Source: Ramazzottius varieornatus
Lineage: Eukaryota > Animalia > Tardigrada
DNA: 64,000 nucleotides
Assembly (NCBI GenBank): GCA_001949185.1
Contig: BDGG01000003.1
Span: forward strand, 3,951,158-4,015,157
Direction of reading: 5' to 3'
Of this stretch, positions 12,284 to 25,486 are shown piece after piece. The notes below the pieces were generated by a model. The model saw only the letters and a list, made by a program, of their open reading frames with translations, ran no database searches and was not told where the DNA came from. Made by a program: the position numbers and the translations under genes. The stretch's first letter is position 1. Each line of letters begins with the position of its first letter.

Positions 12284-15200
12284 ATGGCTCTGACGGGCTC
12301 GACAGCGACTTTCAAAAAGATATGGGACACAGGAACCAGCTATCTATTCGCGTATGTGTCTATTCTTTTCCTTTTCGAATAAGTCGGACAGAATCTCACA
12401 AGGTTGCAAAACTTCGAGATTTTGTGCTTCAGGTACGAAACGCCAAAGGTGGTCAATATTCAGAGCAAACGGATTGGAGCTATGCACCGTCTGGTACAAA
12501 TAGGCATTATTGCCTATGTGATCGGGTAAGCCACTCTGTTCGCGACCTTTAACACCTTGAGCGCGACGCGATTTCGTCCTTTCAGAATAAGATGCGGGAA
12601 AATCACTTTCGCCTCATTTTAACACTTGTAGCACGACCGTACTCATTGTGAGTACAATGTGTCAGTTTCACTCGCCTCCCGATTTTAGCTTTTGGTCTTT
12701 CGGGTTGGGGATTTTTTGTTTGCCTGCAACTCGATCTTGTCATTAAGTTGAGATTAATGACCAGTGGTCAGTGAAAACGCAGAACGCTAGCAAAAAGTTT
12801 TACGATTTCGGGTGGTTTCGGTGGTATTTCAGTCTTCGTCTTCTTACTGGAGGCACATACGCAACACTCGTTCTGAAAAAATCTGAAACAGTGAGGACAA
12901 TTCCCTTTACCGAAACCAAGCCTGGGACAAATTTTCTTGTCATCGGAATGCTTTAGAGAAAATCAAAATGGCAAGGACTACTTTCCCCAGGTTGAACTCC
13001 ACGCCCTGCCAATCTTCGAAATTTCTAAAGTTCTTAAATTATCTATTGGCTGGCCCTGCCTCCTTTGCATCACCTTAGCCAACCAAAGTCTTGTACTCAC
13101 AAAGAGAACGGTGGTATTTTGCGAACATGAAAACCTTCGTGCTGTAAGTGTTAATTGGTTAAAATCGGGGGCGGTGCTAAATCGGACCAATTGTTACCTT
13201 CTCAATTGGCCAAAATTTGGGAATTTGATGTACAGTGCGCCACTTACCAACTCGAAACGGCCAAGCTTTTCGAGTTTCTCTTGACCACTGGGCAGATCTT
13301 TTCACAAATCTGAAACTGTCGCAAGATACAAGAATGTTTGGACTTGGGCTGGAGTTTTTTTGGAGACCCTGATGTAGCGGAGAGCCTGGCTGAAAAATAA
13401 TTTGTTAGCTACGGCGAAATTCCATCGGAAACGGAAATAATTTCACACAGTTTTGCAGAGCCACTGTCCAGTGGCCGTTAATTTTGGTTTGAAGAGAACT
13501 TGATCCTTTAGGCAAATAAAAAAGAACGCACAGCAAAAATTGAAGTGGAATCTCGCTACGCACAACTGAGTTTGCGCCAGGAAAGTGAGTTTCCCACCCC
13601 GTGCTCAAGGTGTTAACGGACCGGATACTGTAGTTTGTGGAAATAGCTTTCCCTGGGATCTAGCCGAGTGATAGTGGTCGCTTCTGTTACTTTTTGTTGT
13701 CAATTACTGACATGCGTTTTCTCCTCGACAGCTATGTGTTCATATGGAATAAAGGTTATCAAGACGTTGACCATGTGGAGAGCAGTGTTGTCACCAAAGT
13801 GAAGGGAGTCCTACGAAGTCGCACACCTTATCCCATGGATGTGGAAATTTGGGACAGCGTCGATTTTATTGTTCCCTCGCAGGTAAGTTCTTAATCTTAT
13901 CTTGTCATACGTTCAGACCGCCTGAAGCACTGTTGAACTTTTCGGTTTGTAGGAGAATAATGCCTTCTTTATCGCCACGAACGTGATTGCCACAAGAAAC
14001 CAAAGACAAGGGCGTTGTCCGGAAGTACATACTGATGCAAGCGAACTGACTGCTCGTAACGCATGTGCCTGGAGTATCTGTGTCCTACTGTGCCAATCCA
14101 TAAATTAACTTCCAATTCACCTCGTTGATCCATCATAGTTTTCCGTCTGTTCAGGATGTCAACATTGGAATGCCTGGAGTAACCTGTACATCAGACCGGG
14201 ACTGCGAACCTACTGATAGTATGATCGTAAACGGGAATGGCTTCCGGACGGGTAAATGCGCCAACCACACCAAAACGTGCGAGATCACGGCTTGGTGTCC
14301 AACCGAAGTCGACATCAGACCGGAGTGAGTATCGCAAGTGGATGGGTGAAATTATTGAAATGTTAGTTTGAGAGCCGAGAAAATACAACATACAAATCTG
14401 ACCTCACAACTGGCGCACTTTTCCAGCCGATAAAAATGTATATGTGCGCCACTTGATGTAGTGGCGCACAAATCTGTGGTTATTTGCTGTCCGCCACTCA
14501 AGATGACATCCTTGGACGTTACTCTGCTCCCGTTTGGTCTGTGTGTCATTACAGGCCGCCAGTCTTGGGTGGCAGTGAGAACTTTACTATACTGGTGAAG
14601 AACCACATCATGTTCCCCAAGTTCAATGTCAAGCGACGCAACATTCTGGATCATATGAACGGCTCATATCTGGCCAACTGTCGCTACCATCCGGTTAGCG
14701 ATCCATTATGCCCCATCTTTGTCCTGAAAGATCTGTTGACTCTGGCTGGGGAAGACTACAAAGCCATAAGTAAACGAGTGAGTTATTTTAATCCCCATAG
14801 ATCAAACTCACACCCTGGCGGGTTGCAGTCGCATCCATCGACATTCGCGTGCACTAATGCCTTGTCGGGGCTTTTATCTCCAGGGCGGCGTCATGGGATT
14901 TGTGATAGGTACAATCCGAGAATTATTCACCCGTCTACTCGTTGAAAAAATTCAGTTATTGATAGAATGGAACTGTAACCTCGATATGTCTGTGGAGAAC
15001 TGCCTTCCAGTCTACTCGTTCAGAAGAATGGACAATAAGGACGACAAGCTGGCAAAGGGATGGAATTTCCGGTGGGTAACTGAGGCGTTAAGACATCTTC
15101 CGCTCTCAAGATACTTTGAATTTCTATTCGCTAAAACTGTCTGAGATCTTAATTTTCCTAACGAGTTACTTTCTCGGGGACCTGCCGCCTGGCAGTGCGC

Positions 15201-15832
15201 CATCACGGAAGATGAGTTTTCCTCAATGCCCGAATAATTCAGTGAATGACTCGAAATCTTTATGGCTGATCTGCGGAGTGTTTAGACATTACCAGTATTC
15301 GTACTTCATATCCAAATCCGCCTTTATGACTTGAGAGCTGGGATGACTAACTGAACCAGATCATTTTTTAAGTGGCGCACGCTTTCAGCCAATAACCCTG
15401 GAAACGTGCGCCACTTTTGGCGGAAATCTGGTTCAACTCGTTTGCCCAGCTCCTGTATTTGTCGTACTGTACGAGTGACGAATCTGTTCCTCCCGCAGCT
15501 ACGCCCATTACTGGACGGACCAAAACGGTATCCAACGACGAACCATGTTGAAAGCCCACGGCATCCGTTTCGTGTTCAACGTGTACGGAAGAGCAGGGAG
15601 GTTCTCGGCTGTGGTCTTCGCGATGAACCTCGGAAGCGGCATAGGTCTTCTGGGAATAGCCACGATCCTGTGCGACTTTGTCCTTCTGCACTGCCTGAAG
15701 AACCGTGACACCTTCTCGGAATTCAAGTTCGTGCGGTTGGAGAGCAAAGCGTTACGGGTAAGACAGTCGCACGGCAGAGGACATCGTGATAAGAAACCAG
15801 GTTTGAGGTACGAGTACTCGTCACTCTTGTGA
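12284..15832 (+). CDS. P2X purinoceptor, paralogue B
   Basis: MALTG..YLFA|YETPKVV, SSVVTKVKG, CEITAWCPTE, KNHIMFPKF, DPLCPIF, GWNFR, MLKAHGIRF, NLGSGIGLLGIATILCD. Confidence 0.95.
14370..14490. repeat. Hairpin element, P2X-B intron
   Basis: CAACTGGCGCAC..GTGCGCCACTTG plus a third GTGGCGCAC. Confidence 0.7.
15334..15453. repeat. Hairpin element, P2X-B intron
   Basis: GAGCTGGG..GAACCAGAT..AAGTGGCGCACG..CGTGCGCCACTT..ATCTGGTTC..CCCAGCTC. Confidence 0.85.
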
Positions 15833-16296
15833 CTTTCTTTCTAGCGCGGAAGTCGAGCTCCACCAACGCTCCGCGATGAGCAGTCCGACATGGACGGAGA
15901 TACCATCTCGGCTTTATCTCCCGGACGAAAACTGCTACTGGCGCAGAACCAGGTTTACAGGCCTTACAACAACGACCAAATACAAACGGCCATCGACGAT
16001 GTCGACTGCAAAGATGCAGTCTTCTCACCAAGAACTTTCAAAACCCCGGAGTGAAGAGCAAAAGACAAGAAGTCAACTTGTCATCATTCATGCCAGTACT
16101 CACTTATTTTTAATTTATTTGTGCATCTTGTGATGGAGGAGCCGGACGAGAAACCAGGTCGAAGTAACGTAACAATCTTGAGTAACAGTCGCAGTGACGG
16201 AAGTCGTTATGTTGTAACGTACGAACTATGTGAATCGATTAGAACAGTGAGCACAGCGAATGGATGTTATACTGTACAGTACTGTGGCTTGAATTT

Positions 16297-17525
16297 TCAC
16301 CAGTCCAAAACACCGGGGACGTACTTGTCAATGAGGGACTGGTAGTAAGGGATCAGGGCTTCAACGTCGGGGACGACGTCTCCTTTAGAGTACAGGTCGA
16401 ACTTGTTGAAGACGCGCACCCAATCAAGAGTCTTCTCGTCTTCCGGGACCAGGAAGTGCGTGTACGAGTTACTGGTGTGTATGGGATAGCACGAGTGATA
16501 CCGAATCATACTTAGACCTTCCATTGGGATCGTAGTCTTGTTGTGAACTAAGCACCTGCAACACAGGACTGTAATTATTGAACTGTTGGCCCGCTGAATG
16601 CATTCTCTGGGAACCCTACCGGTAGAGGTACTCGTCATGGCCCCACGACATCGTCAGGCTCTCCAGACCGCACCCTTCCGAGTATTTGCCATTCTTCGTG
16701 CTATACACAGGATGGTTCAGGTCTGCATTACCCTGAAATGTATCTTCGCGGAACACAATGGAATCTGCGAACTGGCATCCAACCGGGAACGTGTCACCAA
16801 CCACGGCGAACTGTTCTTCACCCCAGATCGCCATTACCTTACCGAGATCGTGAATCAGGCCAACCAGAGCGAACCAGTCATGCTGCGGCCATGCCTACAC
16901 ATATGGATAACATTTATTGCTCCGAAATAGATTTTATGACCAGTAACTGGGTTGCCGGCAGACAAATGTACAGGATTGTATATCAAGTGGCTCGCGCCAC
17001 CAGCCGATAACCATGAAGACGTGCTTCACTTGGAAGAAAAATTCTGTATGTTTCGCTGGCGACCTCCCCGTTTCCATATATCATGACAAAACGTGTCAGA
17101 TACTGTAGATAAAATGGTAATAGTGAGTCCGAGTATACCTGGCGGACGCGTTCGGCTGTCTGGAATGCATGGATAATATTGGGTAGGTCCACGTCGGGGT
17201 CGCTCTCATCAACCAGAGTATTCAACAGCCGCAGGGCCTCCATAATCGTCATCTTCTTCTTGTCGAACTTACACCAGTAGTCCATGCGGTTTTCGACAAA
17301 TTCCACCGTTTGTTCCGTGTGCATCTGTAGGTAAGTCTGTTTGACTCGCTCAGCCAAAGCATTGTCAGTGCCGTAGTTCCGAAATGACCCTTTGGGCCTG
17401 CCAAAAAACTCCGCGATATCTGGGCAAGAAGGATCTCCGTCCTTGTACTCAGGCCGATATTCCGAGGGATCTGGCAGTAAAACGCGGTTGTCGAGTATCT
17501 TCGTGGGCGCAACTAACAGCCGCAT
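16297..17525 (-). CDS. MIOX: Inositol oxygenase
   Basis: [78 protein letters not shown]; 3 exons. Confidence 0.96.
16954..17064. repeat. Degenerate hairpin element, MIOX intron
   Basis: CAAGTGGCTCGC..GTGCTTCACTTG with paired arms. Confidence 0.6.
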
Positions 17526-17723
17526 CTTCGAAAGAAGAACGGCTTCGAGCGTCACAAATAAGATAGCTCAGATTTTGGGACAAGCCAATGCGAGTTTTTG
17601 TGAGCTTGGGTACTGAATGCGTACTGAGAAATCTTTCCTGCAAGTACAAGGTATTTCAAATGTACTGCAGGTGTTCGGTACTCTTATCTAGGAGACCCAG
17701 AAGTTCATGTGACTATATGTTAC

Positions 17724-18056
17724 CTAAAGGACGATCGTAATCCGGCGTGCAGTTTTCGAACTTTGTGCTGCGGGATCGAAGGTTCCACCAAAATCCACTT
17801 TACCCAGATACTGCAACATCAACAACAGGGCTGAATGAGGTAGTCCTGCCCTGCAGATGACAGAACTCATTGAAGGAGTGTGAGGATTTGAAGAAAGGTT
17901 TCTAACATCGCAAAAACAATTGTAGGAGCAAACGTATCGTTCACGGTCGGTTGGAACGCCGAAACATGTTCGAGTCGAAGGTGGAACAAAAGAGGAACTA
18001 CACAAACCATAGAATATATATAGTACAAGCACACAAGCTACTGATGTGGACGACAT
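17724..18056 (-). CDS. Possible small secreted Cys-containing protein
   Basis: ATG start, signal-peptide-like hydrophobic N-terminus and CSYNCFC; no recognisable family. Confidence 0.3.
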   Translation of the reverse strand: MSSTSVACVLVLYIFYGLCSSSFVPPSTRTCFGVPTDRERYVCSYNCFCDVRNLSSNPHTPSMSSVICRAGLPHSALLLMLQYLGKVDFGGTFDPAAQSSKTARRITIVL

Positions 18057-18259
18057 CTGTAGGGCTAGCCTAGGAAAGCGGACGTCTTTGGTGGGCAGGA
18101 AGTATACGAGTCAGAAATTTATCCAAATCAGTTGCGAAGATGCGACTACAGTAAATGTAGCAGTGTGCCGAGCAGGAGAAACGATGAATTCTTCAAAGCA
18201 GAAAAACCAGCTTCGGCAATCAATTTCTAGCCCATCTCGTCCTCTAGTTTCGGTCCGCC

Positions 18260-19540
18260 CTAGTGATTCCTGCGAAGAAATTGTCTAATCAGAGGAAGAA
18301 GCTCAGATGATTCTTTTGCGAGTGAAAATTGTGAAACTAACCAGACACCTGTCCTCCACTGGAAGAACACACTCGCGGTTCCGTTCACCGCTATAAACTT
18401 TGCCTCCTCAAACGTTGAAATATCCGCTGATAGTCCGAGGCATGTCGAAGAACTTTGGCGATATCGTTCCGCTTTGAGTGGTCTTCCATGCGAAGCGTGA
18501 TGTTCTCGATAGATCATTTGGCATACTCACCAGGTTTAAAGGGTTGAAAAATCCCCAGTTCCGCAAAACCGTCTCTTTCAAGAAGCCATTATTAGACCAT
18601 AAGAAACGAGTGTTCCCGATAAGCACAAACCAATCTACCGCCAGTACGCTATCGCAAAACACAATGCGCCGAGTTCTCCAGCACTACAAAGTACTAACAA
18701 GAATGGTAGGCTCCAGACGTTCGAAAAGGCGTAATCCTGTTTTCATGGTCAAGCTGGCCATCCTGGGCAGGGTTCTCTCTTACGAGCATACACTGTGTTT
18801 CCGGCTTCCATGTCGAAACGGACGGACAGGTGAGTACTTAAGCGTTCCCTCTTTTCGCATTGCTCTAAAACTGCTTCATACTGTCCTCCGAACATCTCGC
18901 CCACTCTCCAAAAATTCTTTCAGCTTTTCCGGAATCCGGAGAACCCGCTCTGCAAACACGCAGTCAAAGTGCAGAGAGATGCTCTTGGTCCTCACTCGTC
19001 AGCTACCGTGAGCCCAGTAAATCCTTCCAATGCCGGCACACCCTGTCGAGAATAATGTATACATAGGTAGTACCGACATATATTCATGCTGACTGTTTTT
19101 CCCCTTCTGCGTTATCACAGTCACCACCTAACTTACCATTGCTTGCGAAAACGACCCAACGCATCTAGATGCTCAAAGATGTCCATGAGAAGACTGTCCG
19201 GAAGTTGGTTGATAGGTTGTCGATTTCGACGCGCAGGCTTCTGACAACCGCCGATCCTCTTCGGTCCACTCCCTCATCCACCACCTAGGCTCGGCAAAAC
19301 CTGCATCTAGGAGATCATCACAAAGAGATTTCGAAGGCAAAGTTCGAAGCTGGACGCAGAGCCGAAAGTGCGAAGGGAACACGAAGTCTGGACTTGGGTC
19401 GTGAGTCGTGACTCATGAGAATTTCCGGCGGGGGCCGACGAGGTCAAAAACAAAGCCCACCGGGATTTTGGTAGTGACCCTGAAGAATCAAGGGCTGCCA
19501 GCCTCTGCCGTGGCCTCACTCAGCCCTCGGTTAATTTTAC
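18260..19540 (-). pseudogene. Decayed F-box protein gene
   Basis: LPDSLLMDIFEHLDALGRFRKQW|VCRHWKDLL across a GT-AG intron (~19138-19043), followed by an in-frame TAG, a frameshift and several more stops. Confidence 0.55.
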
Positions 19541-19574
19541 CGTTATACCAAAGGTCATGCAGCAGCGCTAAGTT

Positions 19575-19854
19575 AGCGATGGACGGGTGATTAACTCAGT
19601 GAATTATTCAAAACACAGAACGGCTTTGCAACATCAAATTGCAGCCCAACTTTGGAGCGGCGACTAGTCAATCAACATTTTTCACATGAAAAATACCGCT
19701 CCGAATGCCGTCCGAACACCGGGTCTTCTGTTCACTAGAGGTGGGATTTGCTCACTGATGACAAAGGTTCACTGTTGCACCGGTTCTTGGCAGGTCGTAA
19801 GTAACAGGTCCTTGATTTTGGATATTAGGCTGAGTAAATCACCCGTCCACCGCT
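19575..19854. repeat. ~280-bp element bounded by 25-bp inverted repeats (MITE-like)
   Basis: AGCGATGGACGGGTGATTAACTCAG (19575-19599) vs CTGAGTAAATCACCCGTCCACCGCT (19830-19854), 2 mismatches. Confidence 0.55.
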
Positions 19855-20277
19855 GGCGCTGACATCGCAGTTGCTTGCACAATCCACTTTATTGAGGTTT
19901 CTTCTCGATCCTCCCGCAACCTAAAGGCTAAAGCTGGTGCTCGTTTGTGTGAGGTGTGGGACAGGTTCGTCAAAGGTGGAGAGTAGAAACCGGACGTTTG
20001 GCATGATTCTGTTGTCCCGTTATCAGTGATGCCAGTTGGACCATGTGTGTTGCGCTTTGATTAACCTCGAAGATTACAGTATGAGAGTTGATTGCCATCG
20101 AGATGGACACCTTACTCTGAAACCCTTCTACACCTTCATCAGGAGTTTGACGCCACTTCAGATCCGAAAGACAAGGTAACCTTGCCGAGGAATGCCGTTC
20201 GAGTCTGAGTGAAGTCTTGACAAGCCTCTTTCCGTCTATCGGGGCTCAAGTCATCACGTCCATCGTCCCTCGTCAAG

Positions 20278-23200
20278 ATGGTCAACTTCGTGGACAACTT
20301 CTGGGTAAGTCTACAAATACATATTGCGATGGCTTGTATGGACATCTTTGAGCACTGTGTGCAGCAGAAACCCGCTTCGAAGTTCCGGTTGGGCGGAATT
20401 GGGTCTATAGTAAACGTGTTCTTTTCCTTCAGGGAGAAAAGTATCAAGGCTTTGATGTCTTGTACCATAACATGAAACATGGACAGAAGTCCTGCAATGA
20501 CTTTATCGAGTACATCAAGGAGAGGATGGTGGTGGAGGAGAATTATTCGAAGCAGCTGGGGAAGTTGTCGAGACAAGTGGCTGCTTATCCAGCGCTTGGG
20601 TAAGTAAGTCCGCTACTGTCTGCTTTACCGTCGATCGTCCGTACAATTGATTTATCGAGCAAGTTGTAAAAGGCAACCTTATTGACTTTATGCTTTATCA
20701 CGCTGTGTTGCTTCATAAAAGGTCCTTCTCACCGTACTGGAATGTGCTGAGGCAAAGCACGGAGAAGGATTCGACGCTGCACCAGCAGATGGTCTTGAAG
20801 CTGCAAGACTTGCTCAAGGACATTCAGAAATACTTGGAGGAACAAGTGCGGAAACATAAGACTATGAAAGATGCTGAACAAGAAACCTCCAATGTCGTAC
20901 AGACCATTCAAAATCTGTCGACGGCACTACAAAAGGCCAAAGAAGCTTATGTGGCACGAAGCCAAGAAACGGAGAAGCTAAAAAGGTTCGAACGAACAGT
21001 TTTCCCGATTTTGGTTTCCGAATATACGTTTCGAATTTCGTTTAGGGAGAGCGGAAGTGCGAAGGATATCGAACGGGCAGAAGTTCGACTGAAGAAAGCG
21101 GCGGAGGACTACAAAGTGCAAATCGAGAAGTACTCTGCAACGCGACAGGATTTCGAGAAGAAGATGACAAACAGCAGCAGGCATTTCCAAGTGCTCGAAG
21201 AACAGCATCTACAGCAAATGCTGGAGTTTTGCCACACGTACTGCCGGACCTTGGAGTACGAGCAACAGACTCTGTCGGAAGTAAGCAAGTGTTCGATTGA
21301 TAGTTTCTTCATTATCTATGATCACTGATATCCTTGCTTTCGTAGCTCTGCAACGATATGCGAAGGGAAACTTCCGAGCTGACGATCGAGAAATTCCTCT
21401 CACTTTTCATTGAATCGAAGTCCACGGGAACAGACATACCAGGTAAGAACCACACGTCTTGTGAAGCTCGCGCATATCTTCATATGGAAGGTCGATAAAA
21501 CAATCTCGACATGATTGTTTTCTGAAGTGCCGCACAGCATCAGTGTTATTAGCTCCAGCTGTGCGCCACTTGGGAGAACAGTCTTGTCGAACTTGTCTGC
21601 CGAGCTCCTACATCAAATTAATATAAACGATGTACTGAGACGTTTGGTCTACTGGCTGACTTATAATAGATTTAATTTTTAAATTTTCTTTTAGCTGCGG
21701 TGGAATTTGAAGAGACTACGACCTTGAGTCCGATACCTCAGCTGCCTTCCTCGCCCACACCGAACTTACTTTCCTTTGAGAGTGACGAGAGTAACTCGTG
21801 GAGAGCTCCTCCTGGCACTGCTCCCATTCTGGAGGAAACTACTCCAAAGAAACGCGAAGGTACTAGCTGCTAACGAATATGCAGTGCGAGTTAACCATAA
21901 AGCATCGGATGGTTCGGTCTTTTGTGATGCGCCATTGTCGTCTCTGGTACTTTCTGGGTTGTTTGGGTCGCACTAATATCAATGCTTGCTTGGCTTTGAG
22001 CGGTTATGAACTAATTTAGGCATTATGAAAAAGCAACAGCGTTCACAGTCGCAGATACAAGCCGACGGGATGCCCAACGGTGATAGTCCAGCTCGTGTCG
22101 GTCTGTACGAAAAGTCTTCTAATAAGCCTTCCACCGCACACAAAAGCTTCGCCGAGCACAAGAAGAAGTTTCCGTCCCTCAAAAATCTTTTCTCTACCAA
22201 AGCGAATGATGGTACGTCGTTTCTCCTCGTTTTTATTTTGTGTTTCTTTTTTGGCCGTCTGTTTGAGACGTCGGCTAGGATGATGTGCTTGCGTCCAGCA
22301 CCTGCATACCTGCCTTGCATAGCACGCGCACGGCTCGTTGTATGTAGGTCTGTTGAAACCTTCTTTACCGACGTCTCATTTGCCTCGTATAGTTACTCAG
22401 GATATTTTCAATCTTACTGCTCAGTTTGCTGTTTGAGTTGCCTTTTATGTTGTTTTGAGTTGTCTGCGTTTTATTCTAGAGTGCAAGTCCGAGTCTTCAT
22501 GTGACACGCGCACTTCGGTGTCCGATGTCAACTTCACGAAAGCTACCAATGGCGAAAACCTGTTGCGGTCGACTATCCGCGGATCAAAATGTAAAATGAA
22601 TGGACTGGCTGGTTCACCATCACATCTTTTAGGATTTGCCGTGTTTCATTCACCTTTTTCTGGGCCTGTTTTTCGTTCTGCGAATGTTTGCTGTGCGCTT
22701 CGCATGCTTCTGTTTCTTTTTTGCAATCAACCGCTGCTCTACGCACCATAGATTTTCAAATTCATAGTTGATATTTTGCTTTGAAGGGTTTTTTCGGTCC
22801 CAGAAGGGTGACAAGAAGGAGAAGGAAAACAAGAAAGCCAAGGAGTCGAAAGATAAGAAGAAAAAAGGATCAGTACTGCAGGATGGTTTACGGGAACAGA
22901 GTACCACACCCACAATTGCTGAAGACGCCAAAAGCGAAAGCAGCTTTGGAAGTCAGTCCTACGATCAGTCAACAGCCTCCACAGTGCCTCAGATAGACGC
23001 CGAAGGGTTTGTCATACGGAATAACGACAACGCGGAAAGTAGCAGAGAAAGGAGCGATAGCAACGAGCCTTATAGACATGAAAGCTCAGATTCCGACTCA
23101 GGTACGAGATGTTCTAGTTTTTCTTCTCAGCTTTTTGTTTTTCACGTCGCAGAACTTCAGTTCTGTGCCACACGGTGCAGAACGTTTCAGCAAACTATTC

Positions 23201-25227
23201 GGGAATATGGACCGTTTTTTACTAGATTAACGAACTCGACAATGATCGTAGGACCAAGTGACGCACTCTTTCGGCTACTAACCTCTGAAACGTGCGCCAC
23301 TTGACAAAAAAATGTCGTTGAGTTTGTTTGCTGAACGGAGTGAGCTCCCAGTTTTGAAGTTTTGGATTTTGAATACTTTGGTCCACTTTAGAGCCCGATG
23401 AACCGAAGAAGATCCATGTGGTGATAAAGCCCGCTACGATCCAGCCTAACCTAACTGGACCAGCTGGCGACCTTGACTACTCGCTACGGTCTCAGGCCAA
23501 GGCTCTACAGTTAGGTAGCCTGAACTTCTCCTACACCGGTGGCAAACGAGCCACTACAAGGATGATGGACATGCAACGGTCCACGTCAATGTCTTCCGGG
23601 ATGGGCGCCAACAAGCTGAACATCTTCGATCCATTCGCGCCTTCAGGTAGCATCACCGAGTCGCCCACTTCCTCGACTGCCAACTACCCCATCCCTCCTC
23701 AGAAGACTGGCGGTAGTGTCGCATCGAATCCCTGGGACTCAACTTTGGACCTCTCCGTCTTCAGCCAGCCTTCTGGTTCAACACAAGCCAGTCAGATGGC
23801 TCCGCCGAGCGTGAACCCCCGCACTTCGGCATTCGTAAGCACTTCAAATGAATAACTGGAAGCTCGGCACACAGTCGACAGGATCGTTTGTCCAAGTGGC
23901 GCACATGTTCAGTGTCTTTGCTGAAAGTGTGCACCACTTAAAACGACAATTGTATCGAGTTTGTTAGCCGAAGTTTCGAGTTTCGAAACCCAACAAAGTG
24001 TTTCTCGTTATTTGCAGCCGACGATACAAGTTCCTTCGACGACGATTCCACTAGCAGTAGCTTTCGTCGAGAAGGTTTCGGCAGGTTTCATCGGTGCGGA
24101 CGACCGGAAGTGTCGAACGCGGATAGAAGGAGATCTGATCCTAACATTCCCCAGCAGTGTCCTGCAGGTTCTGCTGTCCAGTCCGAATCATCCCGCTTTA
24201 AGCTTCTGCTTGACGCAGACCAGCTTACTGGAGAATGTCTTGCCTAACAAGCATTTAGTCACTCAAGAAACTCAGATCGATGATGGAAGGATAACATACA
24301 CGTTTAACATGGCCAACTTGACCAGTCAACTTCGGAGGCAGACCGAAGCCAAGGCGGCACCGCAGCCTTACCAGAACATCCCTGTCATGAAGTACCATGT
24401 AAGTATCTCGCATGGGATGCTACGTGATATAACATCCGTGTCTTTCATGTCATATAGTTTAAAAATGTGGTGGTGATCTCGAAACTCCGCAAACCCAACT
24501 CGGTCAAATCATTGTCCCAAGTGATGCAGGTCTTCGGTGAAACTGGCTGGAAGCTTGCGCCACTTGGGTGAGAACCCTCTGTTAGAAGATTGTCCTTCTC
24601 AAGAGGCGCACGTTTTCATTGTCCTTGTCTGCGAAATTGCGCAACTAAGGTATTAATCTGGTCGAGTTTGTTTGCCGAGCTGCCATTAATTTTGGTCAGT
24701 TTTTACACTAGCGGACATTCATGATGTACATTTATATGTCATGTTACCCTGACTATAACACTATTCTGTAGGTCAATTCATCCTCTGGTGTCCATGTAGC
24801 ACCTCTCCACCTGGTCTGCTACTGGAAGCACGAACAGACTCACACGGACATGCGGCTCGATTTTCGGAGGAGTATCAACTGTCCGCCACTCCGAGCCTGT
24901 CAGTTTGCACTGACAGTTCCACCGGAAATTGAAGTGTCAGGAATGACGTCCATGCCCAATGGCGACTGGTCTCCGCACGACCACACTGCCAAATGGGCGA
25001 TCCTTAGTCCTGCACTGGAACGAGCCGATATCAAGGCTCGCTTCGAACATCCACCGCAGTCGCGTGGACGAGTGGCGGGACCAGTCCACTGTAGCTTTCA
25101 AGCAGAAGGCTCGCTATTATCAAGAGTAGTATTCGAGCTAGGTTGCGAAGGGTACAAGGTGACGGTTGTTAAGATGCGGATAGTTTCTTCAAGATATGTC
25201 TGTGAGCCTGAAGGAGCGTCTTCCTAG
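20278..25227 (+). CDS. FCHO: F-BAR domain only protein (FCHO1/2-like, muniscin)
   Basis: MVNFVDNFW|GEKYQGFDVLYHNMKHG F-BAR start; coiled-coil exons; DAEGFVIR linker motif; C-terminal mu-homology domain (IPLAVAFVEKV..., PLHLVCYWK, FQAEGSLLS). Confidence 0.93.
21490..21608. repeat. Hairpin element, FCHO intron
   Basis: AAGTGCCGCAC..GTGCGCCACTTG..TGCCGAGCTCC. Confidence 0.8.
23225..23350. repeat. Hairpin element, FCHO intron
   Basis: CAAGTGACGCAC..GTGCGCCACTTG. Confidence 0.8.
23860..23980. repeat. Hairpin element, FCHO intron
   Basis: AGCTCGGC..CAAGTGGCGCAC..GTGCACCACTT..GCCGA. Confidence 0.8.
24480..24683. repeat. Double hairpin element, FCHO intron
   Basis: Two core pairs; outer GCAAACCCAACTCG / CGAGTTTGTTTGCCGAGCT. 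Confidence 0.75.
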
Positions 25228-25486
25228 CTGTTGAGTTTTTTTCTAAACGTGATTTCTGTGAGTAACACCCGGTGAAGCCTTCTATCGTTAGAATACTTTT
25301 CCTTGTTGTTAACCTGAAATTTACTATCGTCGAGAAGCGCTTACTTTCTTTTACCGATAGAAACAAAAGTGTCACCGTATCAGTGAAACGATACTAGCAA
25401 GGACTCCATGGCTTAAAGTTTTCAGTGGAATTTTTGGACAAAGTAATATGAATACTCATGATAACGTGCATAGTTTTGCCTTTTTC

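Noticed and set aside
18478-19011. 177-aa + strand ORF
   Set aside because: Antisense shadow of the F-box pseudogene
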